This document shows, one piece after another, positions 9,664-21,129 of a DNA stretch of 64,000 nucleotides; positions within the stretch are counted from its first letter, which is position 1, and each line of letters opens with the position of its first letter. Source of the DNA: an uncultured bacterium (GTDB lineage: Bacteria; Hydrothermota; UBA3073; NMUJ01); assembly GCA_965612795.1 (NCBI GenBank), contig CBFDTI010000001.1, forward strand, positions 1 through 64,000. The letters are read 5' to 3'. The notes below the pieces were generated by a model that had not been told where the DNA came from, made no database searches, and saw nothing but the letters and a program-made list of their open reading frames with translations. A program made the translations under genes and the position numbers.

Positions 9664-10586
9664 TCCTTCTACCACTTATTTCACCTTCTGATACCGTCAC
9701 CATACTCATACCCCCCGGCACCACCATCTACACAATCTCACAAACCTTACATGATTCCGGCATCATCCAAAGCCCCTGGCTTTTCCGCATATGGGCACGC
9801 CTCACCGCCACCGATCGTCACCTCCAATCCGGCCTTTACCGTTTCCCTCGCCCCTATACCATTGAAGCCACACTACACAAACTACGTACAGGTAAGGGTG
9901 AGCTCATCAAACTCACCATCCCCGAAGGCCTCACCTTACATGAAATTGCCACACTTGTCGAATCCCATCTTTACGTACCACGTGACAGCTTCCTCCACTA
10001 TGCACACGATACCTCCTTCTTACACAGCTTAGGCATACCCGCCACCACCGCCGAAGGTTACCTATTCCCCACCACCTATTTCCTACCACCCTTCATCTCC
10101 GCCCGCCACGTACTAAAGGAGATGATACATCAGTTCTACCAACACATCACCCCCGACATGCTAAACCGTGCCTCACAGCTCGGCTTCTCCCTACACGAAA
10201 TCGTCACCCTCGCCTCCATCATCGAAAAAGAAGCCGTCCTCAAATCCGAGCTACCACTCATCTCATCCGTCTTCCACAACCGGCTCTCCCGTGGCATGAA
10301 ACTCGAAGCCAACCCCACCGTCGAGTATGCATTAGGTCATAAAAAGCGCTGGCTCACCAACAAAGATTTACAAACCCCTTCCCCCTATAATACCTATCTA
10401 TATCCCGGGTTACCACCCGGCCCCATCTGTAACCCCAGCCTCGACGCAATACTTGCTGCCTTATATCCCGCAGATACTGATTATCTTTACTTTGTCAGCC
10501 GTGGCGACGGCACCCATATCTTTTCCAAAACCTACACCGCACACAAGCGTGCCGTCCGCCGTCTACGTAAGTTCTGGCTCCGTTAG
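9651..10586 (+). CDS. mltG: endolytic transglycosylase MltG
   Basis: TIPEG, EGYLFPTTY, LASIIEKE, SVFHNRL, SPYNTY.YPGLPPGPICNP; start moved to ATG 9651. Confidence 0.93.
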   Translation: MVWLILLPLISPSDTVTILIPPGTTIYTISQTLHDSGIIQSPWLFRIWARLTATDRHLQSGLYRFPRPYTIEATLHKLRTGKGELIKLTIPEGLTLHEIATLVESHLYVPRDSFLHYAHDTSFLHSLGIPATTAEGYLFPTTYFLPPFISARHVLKEMIHQFYQHITPDMLNRASQLGFSLHEIVTLASIIEKEAVLKSELPLISSVFHNRLSRGMKLEANPTVEYALGHKKRWLTNKDLQTPSPYNTYLYPGLPPGPICNPSLDAILAALYPADTDYLYFVSRGDGTHIFSKTYTAHKRAVRRLRKFWLR

Positions 10587-13500
10587 AACTTAAACTCCGT
10601 CCAGACCCTCACCCCCAATATCTGCGTATCCGTACCACGTGTCCTCTCCTTACTACGGCTGTAGTTTATGCTTGCACCCCCCACAATAACCGACGAAAAC
10701 CTATACGAACCCTCCAACCTCACACTTATACTATAGCTATCACGTGTCTTATGTCCCGTCGTGATATTCTTCCTCTCATCCACTGTACGACTAACTTTAA
10801 GGTTGAAGTTCACCGACCTCCCACCTTTCAACCACCCCAGTATCGGTGTCCCTCCCTGTGTTGTCACACTAAACGATGTACTGAAATTCACATTCTGTCG
10901 CCTATTACTCCATACGTTGCGGTTCCAATCCTCCTCTTTACTGCGGGTTTCACTTATACTGAAGCTTATCGGCATATTGGGTTTCTTAAGGTTAGCCCCA
11001 CTGATCTGCAAATTCCATTCCTCCTGCACACTCTGAATCGTATCCCCACGTTCACACCTCACCGTACGTGACTTCTTATAATTCAAAGATGGGCTCACCC
11101 CAGTTATAAGTTTAGCCATCCCCGGTATGTACCTCTCTACCCCCGTAATCCTAACCATCGCATCCGGGAACCTCACCACCTCCTGTACTGAAAAGTTACC
11201 CAACTTACCACCACTCGTCCTACTCTCCTGATAGTTGATGCTAACACTCAGAATATCTTTCAGGTTGAACCCCGACCCTACCTTCAGGTTGAACCCATCC
11301 TGCTTCATATCATCCGTATACGGTAACTTAGGTAGGTTCTCAAAATCCACCCTCCTACCGTATCGGAACTCACTCGGCGGCCGTTCCTTCAGGTAATAAA
11401 ACCTAAACGTCCTATTATTTGATACACTCACCTGCACCGGATTCACCCACCCAAGTAGTGGTAACTCCTTCGTCGGCAATGTAATATTAAACTCATTCCT
11501 TATGTCGAGCCCCACATTCCTCAAATCCATCGTATCACTTATGAGCTCCCTACCATGATATTCGTTATACCCCACACTGTAAGTCCATCTCGGTTGTAAC
11601 TTCCATACGCTCGGCGTAAGGTTTATCGAAACGTTCTCCCTCCAATTCGTCTGTGCCTCTATAACCATATCCTGTACCACCTCCAACCCATACCTCACCG
11701 ATATCATCTTCATCGGACTATACCCCACATTCGCCGAATATGTGATATTCCTCTGCCACGGTGTCCTCCTGCTCAACGTATAGGTTTCACCCATCCTCCT
11801 GTACCTCACCGCATGTTGTGCCCCATAACTTGCACCCAACCTTATACTCTGTGGCAACATCTGCCATTCCCATTTCCATATAGAAATAGGTTTGATAGAT
11901 GGCCTCACCTCATACGTCGCATTCAACGTCGCATTATACGATGAATCTATACTTTCATACGATTCGTTCCACCCCTGCCTGTAACTACCCGTAACATTCA
12001 AATTATCAAATATCACATGCGTAAGCCAGAACTTCGACGCCTTACTCTTACGCCAGCTCACCGTCACACTACGGTTTTCTGCCAAACTCGCATAATCCTT
12101 ACGCACATCCTCCTTCAGCTCAACATCCTTACCCGCCAGATATCTGGGTAAACTGCGACTCCTGCTCATCGTCACCCGCACCGGTATCACCACACCCCAA
12201 TCCTTCGGCAAGAACTTATGTAAGCTCACACTTCCGTTCACCGTATACGCGTACCTCTCACCTCCCCCAAACCTATACGCTTCACCCATCTGTTTAAAAT
12301 ACGGATCCCTATGCGTAAACGCAACATCCACATCCGCCACATCCGCCAGCTTCACCTTACCTCTTAACTCGCTCGCAAACCCCACCTCTGCCCGCACCTC
12401 ACTCAAAAACAGATCATCCACCCATATAACCCCAGACACAGTCTGTTCACCTTCATTCGCTATCACAAGCTCTATCCTCCTGATATTTGTAAGCGATGGC
12501 CTCCCCTTTATCCCGTATATCCCCTGCCTGAATATACCCTCAACCGTATCCGGACGTATCATCTTCAGGTTTGTCAACTCCTTAAATGGTACCCTAATCT
12601 CACGCCACTCGTACCCATCAAGCTCCACTTTATACTCATAGAAATTGGACGTATCACCCCCAAACCTCACATATAACGTAACCGGGTCACCCTCATACAG
12701 CCTCACATAGAACACCAGACTCTTATACATCAAGAAATCCATCCCATTCGGCTCGGTAAAATACACTCTTACACTGCTGTCAGGTGCCACCTCCCGATAC
12801 GTCAACACCATCGACCCTTCTGGTTTCAACCTACCCAGTTCGTCACGCTCCACCTTCACCTCCGGTGGCGGCGTATATTCCTCCGCCCCTATCGTCGATA
12901 TATACGATATTTCGACTTTCGGTTCACCTTCCGCTGGTTTAACCACCCTCCACTTCGTACCTACCACATTAAACTCCACTATATCCACAGTATCGGGTTC
13001 ACCCACCTCCACCCATATACGTGCCATCCTTATGCGATCCCATGAGGGTACCCCCACCACCTTGTACACTTGCTTAAGCGGCACCTGATACAATCGCCAC
13101 CCATTGTACTCATCCACCAAGAACACCGTATCTTCCAGATCCACCCTATACTCGTAGTAGTTTTCCTCCAGATCGAGCACCCCATTACCGTTAAGATCCT
13201 CAGTATTCAACCGCCCATCACCCTCCGTCCCATTAATATGCGAGTAATCATACGGCCTACTCGGATCGTACCTGTAGTCATCATTACCATCGTCACCTGG
13301 TACATTATCCTCATCATCTCCCCTAACACCGTCCAACCCCACATCATCCACATCCTGCGACCACTCCCTCGTTACAGGGTCACCCTCTGCATCCAACTCA
13401 CCGTTATACCCCTGTATTGAACCATCCGCCACCCTTCTCGGTGCATCCTCCGGTATATTAGTACCCAGATCCACATACAACACACCCTTACCACGTACAC

Positions 13501-15862
13501 GTATCTCTATATAATCCTTATCCGTAAAATCTTCACCCACCCTCGATATCAACTTTTGCAACGAAATCCAATCCCCCTCCTCGCTCGCCGGTATCACCAA
13601 CCTCAGATACGATATCCTCTCCTTCTTGTAATACTCTGGTAGGTTAGGATACACATCACCTTTCTCAACCATCTGCTCACCTACTGGGTTGTACCACAAC
13701 ACCTGCACAAAATCTGCCGTATCTTTACCATTTGGCACACTACCATACGACCATTCCAACCTATCCGTACCCAACCTCGTCCGTGCAAGCGTATTCTCAA
13801 AATCATCCAGATACACCCTACCATATGTGTTCGGGTTAGGTGCCGAAACCGCCCCATGGAATGACACCTCCACCTGTGTCGGTACCTCCGTCGTCACTAT
13901 CGGTAACCTATCTATCAACTTCGATATCGCCCATATCTCCTTATTCAAATGTACTGACATCTCACCAAATATCCCACGTCGTGGCTCCTCACCTATCTTC
14001 GGTTTACCCCTAGCAGCTGCCGGTGTCTGCACCGAATTGTATATAAGTGTAAAGTACGATGCCCCCAACCCAAACTCATAATCCGCATGCAAGCCCAACA
14101 GGTTCCTTGTCGCCAGCGACAGAAACGGTGCCACCTCGTAATCTATCGATATATGTGCATCTGGTGCCATACCACCTTCCGGATGTAATGTCAACATACC
14201 TGTCTCATAATTTATCGTGTAATCCTTATCCCTCTGCAGCACCCTACCATCCAGCTTCACAACTTCCGACCCTTCTATCACATTGAACCCCAGATTATAG
14301 TAAGTCTTCACCCCCAGGTATATTACCTTTATGTAGTAGTTACCCACAAAATCTGGCGGATATCGTGCTATATGATATATAGAATCTGGTGGCGATAACC
14401 TCAAAAACGGAAACGGCTCCGGAAATATTATAATCCCCTTCGCTGCATGTATCCTCGACAGATCCAACTCCCCATTCGGTTTCTGTAACCCCAACAGCTC
14501 CACATATGGCTTACCTGTAGCAGTATCCACATCCTGATCCTCTCCCTCACCCGTACTCCTCCTGTATACGGATATCTCCAACCTACTCACATCTATATCC
14601 TTCGCCGGTAAACTATACACATTTTTCCATTCACGCCACCACGATAGATACGCCGGGTTAGGTGTACCCAACTTCAACGCCACCAACCTCAACGTATCAC
14701 CTGTATCATCACCCACCTGTATCGTATCACCTGCTGGTGTCACATACTTATATGTCACACCCAACTTCTCACCCTCACGTAGACCTCGATTCAACTCGAT
14801 AAACTTAAGCACCTCATCAAACGTATAAAAATCGTACCCTACAGCATCAAAGAACCCAACCTCCTTAACCTCCTGTCCACTCGTATCCATGTCATATATA
14901 ACACCGACCTTAGCTGGATAGTTATTCGTCAACACATTATCATCGTAGTAAACCTTCAGGTCGATTATCTCACCCGCCGTATCCGGTACTATCGTCAACC
15001 TACCGTAAGCATCCCTAACCGTATCCACCAACACCCAGAAAAATCTTCCCCTCACAAAATCTATATCCCGTATTATCGCGCTATCACGTGCAGCCCTACC
15101 TTCGAAATGCTTCGTCTGCGTCTCACCCTGCTGTTTCGATGCTATTATTGTGAAATTCACCGGCCCCAGCATCCCATACGATTTGAGTCCAAACAACCCA
15201 CGATGGCTCACCCTCGCCCCTATGAGTGACACCCCCGGCAACGTCAACGCTACGTTACCCGCCTCTATCCCCTGTATTACATCATCCTCACCACCCTCAT
15301 ACTTCAACCTAATCGTATTTTTGATATCAAGTTCACGCTCCGAATCGTGGTCAATAAATGCATGTAAACGCTCACCAATCGTCCCCTGAAGTTTAACCCT
15401 CAACCGCTGTTTCATCATCAACTCAGGTAACCTCAACCTCGACTCACCTTCCTTGTACACACGGTTAGCCACAAACCGTTGCTGGCCACCCAGCTCTATC
15501 CTCTGTGACCCATTTATCTTTATGCTACCACCTTCACCTAATATGTTACTCATAGGACCTGGCAACGTTATCGGTATATGTATGGTAGGTATAAGTCCAG
15601 CCTCTTCTTCCTCCCTCCTCTGGGTGGCTTCACCTTCCTCCAATTGTATCGATTGCCACTTATCGTGAAATACTTTCAGATACAGGTTGTTCAGATACTC
15701 ATCGTACCCATGTGCCTCAAAATGTATGATATAATTGTTCGCATAAAACTTACTCAACACAAACAACCCATCGTACAAATAAACCTGCTCATTTATACTA
15801 TACGCACTTGCTAACCCTACCCACAACCCTATTATGTAGACACAAAGTTTTTTGCTGCTCAC
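10583..15862 (-). CDS. sprA: SprA/Sov-like very large outer-membrane beta-barrel (T9SS translocon family)
   Basis: 1759 aa; IRLKYEGGEDDVIQGIEAGNV, GLFGLK, EGSEVVKLDGRVLQRDKDYTINYETG, YLDDFE, LNTEDLNGNG motifs; amphipathic strands ending in aromatic-X-K-F. Confidence 0.8.
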   Translation of the reverse strand: MSSKKLCVYIIGLWVGLASAYSINEQVYLYDGLFVLSKFYANNYIIHFEAHGYDEYLNNLYLKVFHDKWQSIQLEEGEATQRREEEEAGLIPTIHIPITLPGPMSNILGEGGSIKINGSQRIELGGQQRFVANRVYKEGESRLRLPELMMKQRLRVKLQGTIGERLHAFIDHDSERELDIKNTIRLKYEGGEDDVIQGIEAGNVALTLPGVSLIGARVSHRGLFGLKSYGMLGPVNFTIIASKQQGETQTKHFEGRAARDSAIIRDIDFVRGRFFWVLVDTVRDAYGRLTIVPDTAGEIIDLKVYYDDNVLTNNYPAKVGVIYDMDTSGQEVKEVGFFDAVGYDFYTFDEVLKFIELNRGLREGEKLGVTYKYVTPAGDTIQVGDDTGDTLRLVALKLGTPNPAYLSWWREWKNVYSLPAKDIDVSRLEISVYRRSTGEGEDQDVDTATGKPYVELLGLQKPNGELDLSRIHAAKGIIIFPEPFPFLRLSPPDSIYHIARYPPDFVGNYYIKVIYLGVKTYYNLGFNVIEGSEVVKLDGRVLQRDKDYTINYETGMLTLHPEGGMAPDAHISIDYEVAPFLSLATRNLLGLHADYEFGLGASYFTLIYNSVQTPAAARGKPKIGEEPRRGIFGEMSVHLNKEIWAISKLIDRLPIVTTEVPTQVEVSFHGAVSAPNPNTYGRVYLDDFENTLARTRLGTDRLEWSYGSVPNGKDTADFVQVLWYNPVGEQMVEKGDVYPNLPEYYKKERISYLRLVIPASEEGDWISLQKLISRVGEDFTDKDYIEIRVRGKGVLYVDLGTNIPEDAPRRVADGSIQGYNGELDAEGDPVTREWSQDVDDVGLDGVRGDDEDNVPGDDGNDDYRYDPSRPYDYSHINGTEGDGRLNTEDLNGNGVLDLEENYYEYRVDLEDTVFLVDEYNGWRLYQVPLKQVYKVVGVPSWDRIRMARIWVEVGEPDTVDIVEFNVVGTKWRVVKPAEGEPKVEISYISTIGAEEYTPPPEVKVERDELGRLKPEGSMVLTYREVAPDSSVRVYFTEPNGMDFLMYKSLVFYVRLYEGDPVTLYVRFGGDTSNFYEYKVELDGYEWREIRVPFKELTNLKMIRPDTVEGIFRQGIYGIKGRPSLTNIRRIELVIANEGEQTVSGVIWVDDLFLSEVRAEVGFASELRGKVKLADVADVDVAFTHRDPYFKQMGEAYRFGGGERYAYTVNGSVSLHKFLPKDWGVVIPVRVTMSRSRSLPRYLAGKDVELKEDVRKDYASLAENRSVTVSWRKSKASKFWLTHVIFDNLNVTGSYRQGWNESYESIDSSYNATLNATYEVRPSIKPISIWKWEWQMLPQSIRLGASYGAQHAVRYRRMGETYTLSRRTPWQRNITYSANVGYSPMKMISVRYGLEVVQDMVIEAQTNWRENVSINLTPSVWKLQPRWTYSVGYNEYHGRELISDTMDLRNVGLDIRNEFNITLPTKELPLLGWVNPVQVSVSNNRTFRFYYLKERPPSEFRYGRRVDFENLPKLPYTDDMKQDGFNLKVGSGFNLKDILSVSINYQESRTSGGKLGNFSVQEVVRFPDAMVRITGVERYIPGMAKLITGVSPSLNYKKSRTVRCERGDTIQSVQEEWNLQISGANLKKPNMPISFSISETRSKEEDWNRNVWSNRRQNVNFSTSFSVTTQGGTPILGWLKGGRSVNFNLKVSRTVDERKNITTGHKTRDSYSISVRLEGSYRFSSVIVGGASINYSRSKERTRGTDTQILGVRVWTEFKF

Positions 15863-15895
15863 AAACCTTCTCCTTCGCTACCCCTCCTTTTAGAG

Positions 15896-15922
15896 AATAT
15901 ACCTATTACCTACGGGTGTCAA
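15896..15922 (-). promoter_or_regulatory. promoter of sprA-like gene
   Basis: TTGACA-N15-TATATT. Confidence 0.7.
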
Positions 15923-15979
15923 TCCACCCCTTACAGATGTTTTCACTTTACTTTCCGCTCACATCGATATTTTATTTAA

Positions 15980-16930
15980 ATGCGCAACCTATTACCGTTG
16001 GTGATTTTACTCATAATCTGTTGCAAACGCACTCCCATAGGTATAGACGAGATCTCCTCCCGCATGGGTGCTGTCCTATACGTAAAAACTCACCCTCAAG
16101 TGGATTCACTCATCCTCTCACATCGTAGCACCGGTTACGCATCCCACCTCTACGTAGGTACGTCGTACAATTTCGAATCCAAAACCCTACTTCGGTTCGG
16201 CTACCCCGACACCATTGCCGCTACTGCCGATTCTGCTTTCCTCTATCTGTACAACGTAGAAGGTGACACAATCCCCATCATCATCGCATACTTTCAAGAC
16301 ACCTGGTCAGAATCCGACACCCTACCCTGGAGTTTCCCCCATAGTTATGAACCCATAGACACATCTTATATCACCCCCGACACCACCAAACTCCCCTTAC
16401 GTATACCACTACAGACCAACATCCTACTATATGCACCCACCTCAGACACCGTTGTACGCTGGCCCTCACACGAAACTTCCATCTCTACCGAGGTCGCAAT
16501 CTATCATGCCGATAGTGTCACCCACTATGTAGTTCTCGAGGATACCTATCTCGACACTTTCTATACCACCGGATTCTTCATCCAATCCGGCACCTACCCC
16601 CAACGTCTATGTGTTTCGATAGATACAACTCTACCACCTGATGCCCAATTCCACAGAGCAACCCTCCACCTCTATATGGATTCCAGTCACAACTATCAAG
16701 GTATAGTAGCCAACTACAGTGGTGTCACCACATTTCCATCCGTACGTCACACCGATACACTTTTAATCGACCTACTACCCATCATGTCCAAACTCATCAC
16801 CGACACCTCCTACAGTTTTGTACTACAGGCACACGATGAAGGTAGCTACCTCTCACGCATCTGGTTACGTGACACCTTACTACTTGAACTCATATATTCG
16901 TTACCACCCACCGGCCCGGAGGTACCATGA
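15980..16930 (+). CDS. putative lipoprotein, function unknown
   Basis: hydrophobic signal ending IICC followed by KRTP; divergent from sprA. Confidence 0.6.
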   Translation: MRNLLPLVILLIICCKRTPIGIDEISSRMGAVLYVKTHPQVDSLILSHRSTGYASHLYVGTSYNFESKTLLRFGYPDTIAATADSAFLYLYNVEGDTIPIIIAYFQDTWSESDTLPWSFPHSYEPIDTSYITPDTTKLPLRIPLQTNILLYAPTSDTVVRWPSHETSISTEVAIYHADSVTHYVVLEDTYLDTFYTTGFFIQSGTYPQRLCVSIDTTLPPDAQFHRATLHLYMDSSHNYQGIVANYSGVTTFPSVRHTDTLLIDLLPIMSKLITDTSYSFVLQAHDEGSYLSRIWLRDTLLLELIYSLPPTGPEVP

Positions 16931-17823
16931 TCCGCATTCCACGTTTATCAATCCTCCTACCGCTATTATTACCTATCTGCCTTTACACCACTTCCTTCCA
17001 CAGCATTTACGGTGATTACGAATGGCTACCCTCTCCACCACCTTCTATCTCCTTAAGGCGTACCTTACATTCACACGTAGGGTTCGACATCACCCTGGTG
17101 ACTGCAAAACAATCCCGTTACTCCGCAAACGATATCTCCGCTCGCATGACCTCACTTAGCTTACTCTTACCCATCCGCTATTCGTTATCCCTCTGGGGTG
17201 ACCTCACCATGTTACAAGATGCCACCTACTACGCACTCAGTGAACCCCACGAAATAGCTGGCGAACCCTACCATTACGAGCTCACCGGTAGTGGGTCCAC
17301 CTATCGTGCCACACTTACACCTGTATTCCACTTATCTAAGCTCTCGTTCGGGTTAGGGCTCGTCCATTACTTTGGTAGGCTCGAAGAGCGCTGGTTACTG
17401 GATTTCGACAACCTCACCGATCGTGTCGATACCTTCTCCACGTATGTTTCATCCTGGTCACCTGTATTGCTACTAAACGAGTCATATACTCCACTAAACC
17501 TACGTACTCTTATCACCAACACCGAACTAATTCTATCCATAACCTTTCCACGGCTACCATTCGTTCCACGTATTCAGTTCAACTGGTATTCACCCTACTA
17601 CTCCATATCGGCCGGCTTTACCTCTCACAACTCTGCCATTGACCTCATTTACACCCATTACGGTACAGTAACCTCAACCACCCTAAAGCTTGCCCATCCT
17701 TTTGGCTTTAAGGAGTTCACCCTAACCCCTAACCTTTCCGTCGTGTATCGTACCAGCCCTAACATACAAGAGTGGGGTTGCATAATTTCAGTAACCTTCG
17801 ATGGCACCGAGCGTATCGATTAA
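16927..17823 (+). CDS. hypothetical exported protein, possibly outer-membrane beta-barrel
   Basis: signal-like N-terminus, alternating beta-strand pattern (LSFGLGLVHYFG); ATGA-coupled to upstream gene. Confidence 0.5.
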   Translation: MIRIPRLSILLPLLLPICLYTTSFHSIYGDYEWLPSPPPSISLRRTLHSHVGFDITLVTAKQSRYSANDISARMTSLSLLLPIRYSLSLWGDLTMLQDATYYALSEPHEIAGEPYHYELTGSGSTYRATLTPVFHLSKLSFGLGLVHYFGRLEERWLLDFDNLTDRVDTFSTYVSSWSPVLLLNESYTPLNLRTLITNTELILSITFPRLPFVPRIQFNWYSPYYSISAGFTSHNSAIDLIYTHYGTVTSTTLKLAHPFGFKEFTLTPNLSVVYRTSPNIQEWGCIISVTFDGTERID

Positions 17824-18727
17824 CCGTATCGCCGGCATCGACGTAGGTGGTACCTTCATCAAATCAGGCCTCATTTCCGGCAACCAAATCATCACCACCC
17901 GCCGTGACCCTACCCCATCCTCACCTGTAGAAATTATCGATACCCTAACATTTATAATACAGACGCTTTCACCCCAACTCGTAGGTATCGGCATGCCAGG
18001 TCTTGTCCAACATGGCGTGGTGAGCCATCCCCCCAACATACCCGGTTGGTCGGTGATCGACCTACAAACTGAACTCCGCAAAAGGGTCAACCTCCCCGTC
18101 TTTGTAGACAACGATGCAAATATGGTCACCTACGGCGAATTCCGTATGGGTGCAGCCCAAGGTCTACGCAACGTCATCCTCTTAACCTTAGGCACCGGTG
18201 TAGGGGCTGGCTTAATCATCGACGGTCAACTCTACCATGGCAAGGGGTATGCCGGTGAGATCGGTCACATAACGGTAGAACCTCACGGCTATCGCTGCCA
18301 CTGTGGTAACCGTGGCTGCCTCGAAGCCTATGTCGGCACCTCATACGTTGTACCTCGTGTAAAAGCGATCCTACCCTATCGCGATTCATTGCTTAATAAA
18401 TATCCTGAAATCACCATGGAAACCATTGCCACCGCCGCTAAACAAGGTGACCCCTTAGCTACTGAGATCATCGACGAAATCGCATACTACTTAGGTATAG
18501 GTGTAGCGACACTCTATTCCATCTTCGATCCCGACGCTATCATCTTAGGTGGCGGTGTCGCCAACATTGGCGACCCTTTCTTTACCAAGGTCAAATCCTA
18601 CGCCATCCAACGTCTCTACGGTGACCGCGATATTATCCTTTTACCTTCTAAACTCAAGGATACAGCCGGCGTATGGGGGGCTGCCCTCTGGGCGCTCGAC
18701 CAATACACTCACTCCTTGGGTGAATAG
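17801..18727 (+). CDS. ROK family sugar kinase (glucokinase-like)
   Basis: GIDVGGT, NDAN, TLGTGVG, GEIGH, CHCGNRGCLE. Confidence 0.92.
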   Translation: MAPSVSINRIAGIDVGGTFIKSGLISGNQIITTRRDPTPSSPVEIIDTLTFIIQTLSPQLVGIGMPGLVQHGVVSHPPNIPGWSVIDLQTELRKRVNLPVFVDNDANMVTYGEFRMGAAQGLRNVILLTLGTGVGAGLIIDGQLYHGKGYAGEIGHITVEPHGYRCHCGNRGCLEAYVGTSYVVPRVKAILPYRDSLLNKYPEITMETIATAAKQGDPLATEIIDEIAYYLGIGVATLYSIFDPDAIILGGGVANIGDPFFTKVKSYAIQRLYGDRDIILLPSKLKDTAGVWGAALWALDQYTHSLGE

Positions 18728-21129
18728 GTTTCAACCTTCTCCTTTTGTTTGACCCGTTTACGCATCAACAGCGCCTCTTTGATCGCATCTATTGCACGGT
18801 CGACAAACTTAAACTCTATCCCCTGTTTTATATAGTCCGGTATTTTTTCAAGGTCGTTCTTATTCCACTTCGGTAGTATCACTTTCTTTATCCCACTATT
18901 CTTAGCTGCTAATATCTTCTCACGTATACCACCGACTGGTAACACCTTACCTCGTAACGTAATCTCACCCGTCATCGCCACCTCAGGATTTACCGGTACC
19001 TCCGTAAACAGTGACGCAAGTGCTGTCGCTATCGCCACACCCGCCGATGGTCCATCCTTCGGTATAGCACCACCCGGTATATGTATGTGCACATCGTATT
19101 TTTCCAACTCTTCCGGGTTCACCCCCAGTTCCGCCAGTATCGACCTCACGTAAGAGTATGCTGCTTTCGCCGATTCCTGTAGCACCTCACCCAACCTACC
19201 CGTAAGTATAAGGTTTTTCTTACCCGGTAGCTTCACCGCCTCTATGAACATAATCTCACCCCCCGTAGGGGTCCAGCTCAGCCCCGTCACCACACCGATT
19301 TCGGGCTTCTTACCTTTGACTTCAGCAAAGTATTTTGGTGGCCCCAAAAACTTCACCAGATTCGTCTTCGTTATCTTCGTCACCCCTTTCTTACCCGCAG
19401 CCACCTCCTTGGCCACCTTCCTACAACAAGCGGCAATCGCACGCTCAAGGTCACGCACCCCCGCCTCACGCGTATACTCCGTAATTATCCTCATAATCGC
19501 ATCCTTCGTAAACTGTATATGCTTTTCGGTTAACCCATGTTCCTTCATCTGCTTCGGTATAATATGGCGGCTCGCTATTTCAAGCTTCTCCTGTGGCACA
19601 TACCCCGGTATATGTATGATCTCCATGCGGTCGAGCAACGCCGGTGGTATCGTATACGTGACGTTAGCTGTGGTGATAAACATCACCTTTGACAGATCAA
19701 ACGGCACCTCCAGGTAGTGATCACTAAAGCTATCGTTCTGCTCCGGATCGAGTGCCTCCAGCAACGCAGCTGCTGGATCACCCCTGAAATCCGCCCCTAT
19801 CTTATCGATTTCGTCCAACATAAATACTGGGTTCTTAACCCCCGCTTTCCTGATACCCTGTATTATCCTACCGGGTAACGCCCCTATATACGTACGTCTA
19901 TGTCCACGTATCTCAGCTTCATCCCTTATACCACCCAGCGAGAACCTGACAAACTTCCTACCCAACGCACGTGCTATGGATTTACCCAATGACGTCTTAC
20001 CTACGCCTGGCGGGCCCACGAAACATAGTATTGGCCCCTTCATGTCCTGTTTGACCTTCCTAACCGCAAGGAACTCGAGTATCCTTTCTTTAACCTCATC
20101 CAGATCGTAATGATCCTCATCCAATATCTTCTTAGCGCGCTCAATATCGAGGTTATCCTCAGTTTCCTTATCCCATGGCAACGCTATCAACCAATCTATA
20201 TACGTACGCGATACCTCATACCCCGGCATACCTGGTTGTAGACGTTCGAGCTTCTCCAGCTCCATAAATGCCACCTTTTTCGCCTCCTCCGGCATACCTG
20301 ACGCTTCTATCTTTTTGCGTAGCTCTTCGACTTCCGATACTCCTGCCTCACCCAGCTCCTTCTTTATCGCCTGCAACTGTTGACGTAACAGGTACTCACG
20401 TTGCGTCTTACCCAGCTCAGTCTGCACCTGATCCCTTATCTTTTCCGCCAACTGTATGATGTTAAGCTCTTGACTCAATATCGGTAATAACCTACCTATA
20501 CGTTCCTTGGGGTCTATTGCATTCAATATCTCCAGCCGTGCCTGATACTTCAACGAAGGCAAGTTTGACGCTATGAAATCGGCCAACTTACCCGGATCTT
20601 CTATCTTCTCCACCACTATTGCCAGTTCATCCGGTATCTCATCCGTATGCTGTACGATCTCCCTCACAAACTTATGCACATTCTTGATGGTAGCCTGCAC
20701 CTGTAGGTCCTGCATATCTACCGGTGGTTCGTGTATCACCTCAATCTTCACCTTGTGGAACGGCTTCGTCTGTGTCACTTTCACCACCTTAGCCCTTACG
20801 ATACCCTGCAGTAACAACCTTATCTCACCCATCGGCCCCGTAGCCATCTTCATGATACCTGACACCACACCTATCGGGTTGTACAGCTCGGTTATCGGTA
20901 CATCTTCTTTCTTCTCCTTGATTGGTACCACCAAAACCAACCTATGTGCACCCAACACCGAACGTATACCTTCTTTTTCAGCCTCATCCACCACCACATG
21001 TGGCATCACCGTGTAGGGGAACGGCACCTTATCACTTACCACCAATACCGGTAGTTCATCCGGTATCTCTATTTTTGTATCTTTGGGTTCCATCTCTTCA
21101 GGTTTTGGTTGCTTTTTGCCAAACATCAT
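18709..21129 (-). CDS. lon: ATP-dependent protease La
   Basis: GPPGVGKTS, RGHRRTYIGALPG, PKDGPSAG catalytic Ser. Confidence 0.97.
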   Translation of the reverse strand: MMFGKKQPKPEEMEPKDTKIEIPDELPVLVVSDKVPFPYTVMPHVVVDEAEKEGIRSVLGAHRLVLVVPIKEKKEDVPITELYNPIGVVSGIMKMATGPMGEIRLLLQGIVRAKVVKVTQTKPFHKVKIEVIHEPPVDMQDLQVQATIKNVHKFVREIVQHTDEIPDELAIVVEKIEDPGKLADFIASNLPSLKYQARLEILNAIDPKERIGRLLPILSQELNIIQLAEKIRDQVQTELGKTQREYLLRQQLQAIKKELGEAGVSEVEELRKKIEASGMPEEAKKVAFMELEKLERLQPGMPGYEVSRTYIDWLIALPWDKETEDNLDIERAKKILDEDHYDLDEVKERILEFLAVRKVKQDMKGPILCFVGPPGVGKTSLGKSIARALGRKFVRFSLGGIRDEAEIRGHRRTYIGALPGRIIQGIRKAGVKNPVFMLDEIDKIGADFRGDPAAALLEALDPEQNDSFSDHYLEVPFDLSKVMFITTANVTYTIPPALLDRMEIIHIPGYVPQEKLEIASRHIIPKQMKEHGLTEKHIQFTKDAIMRIITEYTREAGVRDLERAIAACCRKVAKEVAAGKKGVTKITKTNLVKFLGPPKYFAEVKGKKPEIGVVTGLSWTPTGGEIMFIEAVKLPGKKNLILTGRLGEVLQESAKAAYSYVRSILAELGVNPEELEKYDVHIHIPGGAIPKDGPSAGVAIATALASLFTEVPVNPEVAMTGEITLRGKVLPVGGIREKILAAKNSGIKKVILPKWNKNDLEKIPDYIKQGIEFKFVDRAIDAIKEALLMRKRVKQKEKVETYSPKE

